A DNA stretch of 64,000 nucleotides from Promethearchaeati archaeon SRVP18_Atabeyarchaeia-1 (GTDB lineage Archaea > Asgardarchaeota > Atabeyarchaeia > Atabeyarchaeales > Atabeyarchaeaceae), in contig CP147779.1 of the NCBI GenBank assembly GCA_037308085.1, positions 2,528,001 to 2,592,000 on the forward strand, in the 5' to 3' direction. Below are positions 58,401 through 64,000 of the stretch, piece after piece. The notes beneath the pieces were generated by a model. It was not told the DNA's origin, ran no database searches, and saw only the letters and a program-made list of their open reading frames with translations. Both the position numbers and the translations under genes were made by a program. Within the stretch, counting starts at the first letter, position 1; the number at the start of each line of letters is the position of its first letter.

Positions 58401-59377
58401 TCATAGGCGTAGTACGTTGGTGCCACTTGCGGCTCGAAGTAGTCGGCGTAGCCGGCTGTCCAGTAAGTCGACTTTGATGGATCGAGGCTCTCGTCTCCCG
58501 CAAGGAAGTTTAGGATCAGCCTTAGATCTGTCAGTCCGCCCATCCACTCTACGGTATTGATGAAGAGGTGGCAGCCATTCGCGTTCAACATGCTGGGATC
58601 TTTGAAGGCCCACCAAAGGATCCGCCCACCTATCCCTTGAGCACTGTAAAGGGCCCCGATGACAGGTCTTGCGCAGCCCTCCATGCAACTCAGCGAGTAT
58701 AGGCAATTGATCGTGTGGTCGGGGTAGGATTCAAGGCTGACGACATGCGAGAATATTTCGATAGAACCCGGCACGCCGAACCCGGCTTCGGAGATAAGGT
58801 AAGGAGACGAGTAGATCGGATGGTCAAACATGCCGCTAGCTTTCTGAACGATGCTGGAGGCACTTATCTGACCCATCCCTCCAGTATAGTTTGCAAGTCC
58901 ATCGATGACTCCATGCGCCTCGCCAAACAGGATTAGAGGCCTTCCAAGGCTGGCGAGTGCCACAGCCTCTCCTCTGCTTATTGCGCTCCCATTGTTACCT
59001 CCACAAGAGTGATCAACGAGAATCAGGTCGTAGTCCTGCATTAGATCAGTATTCCCTAAGGCTTCCTGAAGAGAGAGCAGATAGACATGATAGCCCACGT
59101 CGGTGAGAAGAGAACTCCAGCCGTCTGCAAATACCTGCAAGCCAGTTGACAAGTCATAAAGGATGAGGATGCTAATGCTGGATGTAGGATAGTAGAAGTA
59201 TTGTGAAGGAGACCGATACGAATAGGGGGTTGGTTGACCACTGACCTGCGTCGGCTTGCCTGCGGTGGGAGAGGATAAGGCAGCTGGCTGAGTTCCTGTA
59301 AGAGTTGCTAGGAGGACCATGATTATGGTTGCACCAGCCATCGAGCTCGTTCGGCAGCTGCTGTGGTTGCGATGCAT
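55415..59377 (-). CDS. Secreted, membrane-anchored protein with prenyltransferase/squalene-cyclase-type repeats and Ig-like domains
   Basis: Signal peptide; repeats such as YIGSCQLTDGF, YVLSCQ...GGF, YLLSAQFGDGGW and FIRSSQKPNGAF; two to three beta-sandwich repeats; C-terminal TM followed by RTKRR. Confidence 0.8.
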   Translation of the reverse strand: MHRNHSSCRTSSMAGATIIMVLLATLTGTQPAALSSPTAGKPTQVSGQPTPYSYRSPSQYFYYPTSSISILILYDLSTGLQVFADGWSSLLTDVGYHVYLLSLQEALGNTDLMQDYDLILVDHSCGGNNGSAISRGEAVALASLGRPLILFGEAHGVIDGLANYTGGMGQISASSIVQKASGMFDHPIYSSPYLISEAGFGVPGSIEIFSHVVSLESYPDHTINCLYSLSCMEGCARPVIGALYSAQGIGGRILWWAFKDPSMLNANGCHLFINTVEWMGGLTDLRLILNFLAGDESLDPSKSTYWTAGYADYFEPQVAPTYYAYESLRLAGRISAINSSALADWLTAYCYSPSQGFFHSPNMYLSPIQWSGIAETGMSIKILSELGRMNQVNSSKTSIYIGSCQLTDGFVRYPGDSAKSLTNTYWALMGLNATGAFTRIDTAKAVDYVLSCQNLNPLDTANYGGFANHPGAVSSAMCTFMALACLELLNGAGSADLNLTEQWLMKGYDPLRGVFYDDHLFNERYSVNYGTGYSVASLSMIGKLADIDESRVARYLLSAQFGDGGWSGANCTDEPIDEVVDCYPVILGLQRLDQIAAIRSLDGFVGFITRCLCPAPTYGFANVPHTLSNIWHTCDATSILNNLGAIEPSSSSSLTAFIISTYDSAHVTFEWSRYSYPQSSDLYGYENLDPPYEFTSLQRGKRGVIIDDLALQSLMDLDAKTWLNIHAQELWNQITLCEIITGSAAGYYKDMPSDSVSNLTAGLQYTYHALNCLFELAGFLGYSNSFPSHLPNATMTVNKIMNLYKPSVGSFAGDSYILGPYSATETTSIALMTLKLLNGLSGVDYGRTTEFLQSYLYSNLVDTYYSFKGLEALNKLSTINATRLVEFIRSSQKPNGAFKSDGSALYELDTTRMAIEILSHYNSTWITARPIRLVASNLEAPATMHQGSSYSVNCTVLDDHFMLPVAYATLMLRLGTYEYSAIETTLGAGHYSARVAVARDVEILGTQNLVIKCSEGTYQTSFAQTRVEVLLGEGGANNTHTQISFTQPADGEYLTTSNTSVAVLICALNKSETPIQGLQIAFCANNSFVENSASDSRGLATFSWRPHSSGVYILKAVFEGSSGLDSSEAEKAITVDKTPTQLSVYSNCTALERVDTGHTVQFSTRLTEVSCGKQVANASVDFVVFDPLGTIIDVPATTSVDGEALVLFTVKENGSYSVHTVFGSTNFYLGCTSNEIVLKVGSSSPHDGGGGPTGDDQGVTWINSLLGALSTPLGIGLITSSGGLITTAYLLRTKRRNLESSDTQNNERRASNDARTRESS

Positions 59378-59470
59378 TTTACTTAGAACCTCCCTTGGGC
59401 ATGCTAAAAATGCGTCAGGCGCCGGTAGTATTTAAGACTAAAACAAGCAAGCGAGACTACTCATAATCGC

Positions 59471-61069
59471 CTAATGCGATTGAGTCTCGTCGGCGAGACA
59501 TGCATCCAACGAGTCTGCTGGGGTATCTTCTTTGGGAGCTTGATGCATAGGTCCTTCTCCAAATGGGGTCAATATCGAAATCATTCGCCGACCATTCAAT
59601 CTGCCAGAAGGAATTGGGCATTCTCTTCTGACTACCGATCTCAGCATCTCTGGCGGAAGACGATCTATGCGTAGCACAGAATTGCGCGCGGTTCCCGATA
59701 TCTTGACTCTGAGTAGTCTCGCAATGTTCTCCACAGTGACCGGATCACCTATGAGAGTTATGCTTGCCTCAAAGTAACCCGAATTCTCTGCGTCCCTCAG
59801 CTGCCGAAGTTTGGCCCTGATCTCATTAACGATATTGGCGGCTTGCTGCGTCTTCTCGCGCCTGAAAAACATATCCTTCGTCAAGCCTTCATTAAAATTT
59901 GCCCCGCTGTTGATCCCATCCATGAACCGTGCCATCGTAGCCTGATAGGCTTCTCCAAGTCTTCTCATTTCCTGCCCCAAGGTTGCGTCCGACAGCGGTC
60001 TCACCTGGATGACGAAGGCGAAATCGCAGGGCTGACCATGCGCCAGCGCTTCCTCAATAAATCCATCCAGCAAGCTGGCTTCATTACTACCTTCAGTCAT
60101 TGGCAAATCTGATAAATGCATTATACGAAGTTTTCTCGTGCAATCAGGTCCCCTGCTTAAGGTCAATTTTGCATTACGACCATCACTTTCAATTTCACTC
60201 AGATTTTCAATTGCGACGAAAAGAGGCATCATCAGAACTCTCTCAGCGTCACCGATGCTATCAACTTCGGTAACAAAATGTGATGCAGATCGATTCAGTC
60301 TCAGATGCTTTGACAAGTTACTTGTGAACTCGTCCAAGATGGATCTGCATCTGCGGTAGTCTCTTCCCTCGCACGCTGCAGCTATTATTGCCCGCGGCTT
60401 CTGGTCTTGGCAGTGAAGCTCGTAACTGATCTCTATACCAAGTTTCCGAGCCTCGGTTAGTTGACCGGACAGGATCTTGGCCGCCTCGTTGTGAAGGCTC
60501 CTCAGTTGAGCCTGGCAGTTATCCGGGTGAACACTCTGTTCCTCCATTTCAATGAATTTCATGACTCTGAATCCTCTTCTGCCGGCATTGAAGACCACAT
60601 GTCCCGACTCGACTCCCTTTGGAGTTAGATTGTCTTTCGATAGCCGGCAGTAACGTATTCGAGTCGCGTAAGGGGACGACGCATCTGCCGATGCCCAGAG
60701 CCTCCTCCAGAAGGCAAGATAGGCGAGGCAAGGAAGAAGCGGAGCCGTGAATTCCAGAATCGCACTTGAGGGAGTTGAAATCTGGATTGAGGAAATAGCT
60801 CCGAATATGAATGCCGACGGAATGATGACGAAGCATAGTAACTTCTTCAGACCGGAAAGAAATCCCGATCGTCTAGACTCCATTGTGAGAGTGGCGAAGA
60901 CCGATAGCAGGAGCAAGGTGAGGGCCGCAAGAAAGATAGGACTGAGCCCAGATGCAAACGAAAGGATCCTTGCCACGATCTGAAGCGCGAGAAAGAATCC
61001 CACAATAGCAAACACTAATTTAAGGAACGATTTGTTGAAGAATAGACCTATCAACCCCATCGCTAGCAC
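59471..61069 (-). CDS. Hypothetical protein with about 4 N-terminal TM helices and a large soluble domain
   Basis: 532-aa ORF; hydrophobic N-terminal ~120 aa; no recognisable catalytic motif. Confidence 0.7.
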   Translation of the reverse strand: MLAMGLIGLFFNKSFLKLVFAIVGFFLALQIVARILSFASGLSPIFLAALTLLLLSVFATLTMESRRSGFLSGLKKLLCFVIIPSAFIFGAISSIQISTPSSAILEFTAPLLPCLAYLAFWRRLWASADASSPYATRIRYCRLSKDNLTPKGVESGHVVFNAGRRGFRVMKFIEMEEQSVHPDNCQAQLRSLHNEAAKILSGQLTEARKLGIEISYELHCQDQKPRAIIAAACEGRDYRRCRSILDEFTSNLSKHLRLNRSASHFVTEVDSIGDAERVLMMPLFVAIENLSEIESDGRNAKLTLSRGPDCTRKLRIMHLSDLPMTEGSNEASLLDGFIEEALAHGQPCDFAFVIQVRPLSDATLGQEMRRLGEAYQATMARFMDGINSGANFNEGLTKDMFFRREKTQQAANIVNEIRAKLRQLRDAENSGYFEASITLIGDPVTVENIARLLRVKISGTARNSVLRIDRLPPEMLRSVVRRECPIPSGRLNGRRMISILTPFGEGPMHQAPKEDTPADSLDACLADETQSH

Positions 61070-61546
61070 CAGACCACTAATCTACCTAAGGGAACTGGAC
61101 GTTCATCAAGCCAGGCGGAAGTCTTCATCATCGCAGATCGGCTCAGCGAGTAATCCCTTATAAGACTAAGAAAGCTGGTGTCTACCCTCCAAGACAGGGC
61201 GATTTCTCCTACCCCCAGAGGGCGTTGTCTTCCTTCCAACGAGCATTTGATGATGGCAAGGGACGGGGCTGAATGAGGAGTCTTTTTGTCATAGTCTATC
61301 AACATGCCTGGCCCTGGTTCACGCCCAACTCAGAAGACGGCGCAATTTGCCCAACTGCATAGGCAATGAGAACAGCTTTCTGGATTCCGTACTTGGAGCG
61401 GTAGCGAAAAACTTGGCCTGCTGCTCAGAAGACGACGTGCAGGTCGTTTTCTTGCATCGCCTAAGCGCTACCCGCCTGTCTCGGTGCAAAGGTGCTTGGT
61501 CAAACTGGATTTAGTTTGGTCTGAACTTGGTTAGACAGGTCCCATT

Positions 61547-62356
61547 TCAGATCAGAACTTCTGAGATTTCCTTGATGCATCTCGTGTAGGTGTGATTCGG
61601 GTTGTTCAGGATGAACAATGAGCTCAGCTTGCTCAGCATGACGTCACACAGGCATGGAATAATTGTTGCGACGGGGTACTTCAGTCTCTTCTCGAGACCC
61701 CGCTTCATTTTTTCTTTGTCTTCATCCTTTGACATCGCGCTAGGGTATGCAAAATTCACTACTATGTGGGGGTCAAGGGGCTGCAACTGGCGGTAGAAGC
61801 CTTTGATGAGTTTTTCTGTCCCAATGAGGTCGGGAGTGTCCATTCTCGTGAGCAGGAGCAACTTGTCACTTGAAACCATTGCGTTCACTGAGGAGTGGGC
61901 AACGCCGGGGCTCGTATCGAATATGACGTAGTCGTATTTTAGTTCGTCCAATGCAGTTCCTTTGAGTTTGCTGACTTTCATTAGAGCACTCATTTGCCAT
62001 TGCTCGGCAAGAAGCTTCAGCGTGATCAGATCTATGGATTGGGGGGAGGAGTCAGCCAAGATGACATCCATCGGCAGATCTAGTTTAGGTGGGTGGATTA
62101 TGACCTGTTTAAGGTCAATCTTGCCAAAAAGGTAGTCATTCACGTAGGCTGCAACTTCATCGTCACCTATTCCGAACAAAGCTTGAATGCTTGGCGCCCT
62201 GAAATCCATGTCAACAAGAAGCACCCTTTTTCCGAGTTGCCCAAGGTATATAGACAGATTAGACGCAACCGAGGTCTTCCCTGTACCTCCTTTATAGCTG
62301 TGAACGGAGACCGCCATTTTTCCGTGACCATCACCCTTCTTGTTGCTACTCATCAT
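61547..62356 (-). CDS. MinD/ParA-family ATPase
   Basis: HSYKGGTGKTS deviant Walker A, LVDMDFRAP, YDYVIFDTSPG. Confidence 0.92.
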   Translation of the reverse strand: MMSSNKKGDGHGKMAVSVHSYKGGTGKTSVASNLSIYLGQLGKRVLLVDMDFRAPSIQALFGIGDDEVAAYVNDYLFGKIDLKQVIIHPPKLDLPMDVILADSSPQSIDLITLKLLAEQWQMSALMKVSKLKGTALDELKYDYVIFDTSPGVAHSSVNAMVSSDKLLLLTRMDTPDLIGTEKLIKGFYRQLQPLDPHIVVNFAYPSAMSKDEDKEKMKRGLEKRLKYPVATIIPCLCDVMLSKLSSLFILNNPNHTYTRCIKEISEVLI

Positions 62357-62493
62357 TACGACACCTCTATGGTCGATTCCATGTCGCCTCAGTTAAACTG
62401 CTTATGTGTAGGACACAATTAACTTATGAAACGAACAAAAAGAGACACAATCTATATATGGTTCCCAGGCGGATCATGCCTGAGGTGATAGGC

Positions 62494-63669
62494 TTGGAGT
62501 TAGAACCAATTCTGCAACGCTGGTTTGACGCTCTCTCTGTTCGGTCTGTTGGAACTGCCAATAACTATGTCCTGAATATAAACTATTTCCTGAGAGATCT
62601 AAACATTGAATCCGCTCAGTCCCTATTGGACAAGTTGCGAAGCGGAGAACTTGACGCTTATGCGATAATGAATCAATATGTTAGCCTCTTGAGCAAAGAA
62701 GGAAAAGCGCCGAACACGATAAGCAATAACCTCAATGCTCTGAAAAGATTCCTAAGATTCAATCGCGTCAAATTTGACCGAGACATGATAAAGGATCAGG
62801 TCATTACGCCAAAGCTATATTCAGTATTCGAGGATAGAATTCCCACGAACGAAGAACTCGTTACTATGTTCAATTCCGCAACACAAAGAGGCAGGGTCAT
62901 TATAATTCTCGGAATTCATGGGCTCAGGGTTGGGGAGATCGGCTCACTCAAGATAAGTGATCTTGTGCTTGACGATAAGATACCGCACCTCAAGATTAGG
63001 AATGAGGTTGCGAAAGAGAAGAAAGGCAGACTTGTCCCGCTGACCCCGCAGGCTGTTGAGGTCTTGAAATCATACTTAGTGATCAGACACGATGACAGCG
63101 ATAAGCTGATGGATATAACGACGGACCGAATCAGAAAGTTCATAATGAGGCTTCTCAAGAAGTGCAAACTTGATGAGCACACCGACAAAGGAATGGACAA
63201 AAGCGTTAAACCGCGTACGATAAGGCGATATAAGCTTCACCCTCACTCACTGAGAAAGTTCTTTGACACGTATCTCAGCGTCGCTGGTGTTGAGCAATCA
63301 TTCAAAGCAAAGCTAATGGGACACAAGAACTACCTGGACGATAGTTACTTCAGAGCTAATGAAGAAATGATTGCAAGGGAATTCGAGAAAGTGATCCCAT
63401 ATCTAACGATGGGGAAAGGAATCAAAATTGAAGACAAGAGGGTCGGGCAACTGGAGAATCAAATGAAGGAAATGCGGAAGATGATTGAGACATTCTCAGA
63501 GATCAAGATAGAGCGCCTCCAGCAGATATATCAGAAAATCCTTGAGGAAGAAGCACTACCCGAACCGAGCAACCCGTCAAAGACAGAGCTTGTGCCGATT
63601 AAAGTGCCGGGCGATCTGATCCAGGAGAAAGCAAAGGGAAAGAAGAGCAAGAAGCCCCCTAGCCCTTAG
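62494..63669 (+). CDS. Tyrosine recombinase/integrase (ORF open from 62404; TTG at 62494 follows a GAGGTGAT SD)
   Basis: GLRVGE (R), KEKKGR (K), HSLRK (HxxR), LMGH, DSYF (Y); N-terminal SAM-like domain (GKAPNTI). Confidence 0.92.
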   Translation: MELEPILQRWFDALSVRSVGTANNYVLNINYFLRDLNIESAQSLLDKLRSGELDAYAIMNQYVSLLSKEGKAPNTISNNLNALKRFLRFNRVKFDRDMIKDQVITPKLYSVFEDRIPTNEELVTMFNSATQRGRVIIILGIHGLRVGEIGSLKISDLVLDDKIPHLKIRNEVAKEKKGRLVPLTPQAVEVLKSYLVIRHDDSDKLMDITTDRIRKFIMRLLKKCKLDEHTDKGMDKSVKPRTIRRYKLHPHSLRKFFDTYLSVAGVEQSFKAKLMGHKNYLDDSYFRANEEMIAREFEKVIPYLTMGKGIKIEDKRVGQLENQMKEMRKMIETFSEIKIERLQQIYQKILEEEALPEPSNPSKTELVPIKVPGDLIQEKAKGKKSKKPPSP

Positions 63670-63670
63670 T

Positions 63671-64000
63671 CTATTTTTGAAATGGCAATGAAAAGGTTTC
63701 TGGTTCGTCCTTCGCAACGTCCACGATCCGATCCTCTTCATAGCCGCGCAAGTGCTCTCTGAAGAACAAGTGCAGTTTAGCCTTCTTGCCGGCATTCACC
63801 AGCTTGGTGGTTCCGGCGATCTCTGGGCGAAGCTCTTTGCGAGAAATGGTTACCGAGTTTCGGCTCTCTCGGTAACACTTGAGCGAAACTATTTCGATCT
63901 CTCCGTTCTCAAGTTCTCCTATTCCGTCTGGTTCTCCGTTCCCGCCGAGCTTTCTATACGACTTGAACAGCATGGGCGCTCTGACCCGAGCGAAGAAATC
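63671..64000 (-). CDS. Partial PD-(D/E)XK-like nuclease (5' end outside the window)
   Basis: The frame is open to the window edge; GGNGEPDG....EIEIVSLKC resembles a PD...(S/E)xK motif. Confidence 0.5.
   Translation of the reverse strand, partial: DFFARVRAPMLFKSYRKLGGNGEPDGIGELENGEIEIVSLKCYRESRNSVTISRKELRPEIAGTTKLVNAGKKAKLHLFFREHLRGYEEDRIVDVAKDEPETFSLPFQK

Noticed and set aside
60183-60195. TCAC followed by TTTCAATTT as a possible target of the omega-RNA guide TTTCGATTT...
   Set aside because: Only 8 of 9 seed bases match before divergence; expected by chance in 64 kb.
61063-61305. 80-aa ORF upstream of 59471..61069
   Set aside because: No motifs and atypical composition; cannot be supported as a gene.
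61329-61434. Direct repeat CTCAGAAGACG (61329 and 61424)
   Set aside because: Two 11-bp copies only; not an array, and no associated element.
1-64000. Selenocysteine/pyrrolysine read-through, tRNA/rRNA genes, CRISPR arrays, inteins
   Set aside because: No recognisable protein was interrupted by an in-frame TGA/TAG, and no such RNA, array or intein motif was seen by eye; a computational scan could still find weak cases.

Overview
Archaeal chromosomal DNA, most likely from an Asgard-type lineage. This is an inference from a Rab-like domain, a V4R protein paired with a roadblock/longin-like protein, a secreted prenyltransferase-repeat protein, an archaeal alpha2 GlyRS and archaeal TATA/Shine-Dalgarno signals. 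Region 1.8-27 kb is a surface-glycosylation cluster: GT2 enzymes, three GT-C-type membrane proteins, a flippase-like protein, DUF362/radical SAM enzymes, RfbH, and galU-ugd-uxs. Three IS200/IS605-family (TnpB) remnants lie at 0-21 kb: (i) a start-less tnpB fragment fused to a truncated sugar kinase at the left edge; (ii) an intact-looking tnpB whose 3' tail/omega-RNA has been displaced about 0.9 kb downstream by a cargo gene between 11-bp direct repeats; (iii) a 230-bp omega-RNA-only mini-element. Region 27-62 kb holds housekeeping, transport and redox genes (GlyRS, RNase HI, PadR-ABC exporter with a visible operator, MFS, AOR, CinA-like, MBL, MinD). It also holds the best candidate for an undescribed system: a compact operon encoding a small GG-terminated ubiquitin-like protein, a Cys-domain/pseudo-Rab GTPase fusion and an archaemetzincin protease (40.9-42.6 kb). 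A tyrosine recombinase and a PD-(D/E)XK-like nuclease at the right edge suggest the start of an integrated element. No tRNA, rRNA or CRISPR array was seen. All family calls are from motif recognition by eye; no database searches were run.
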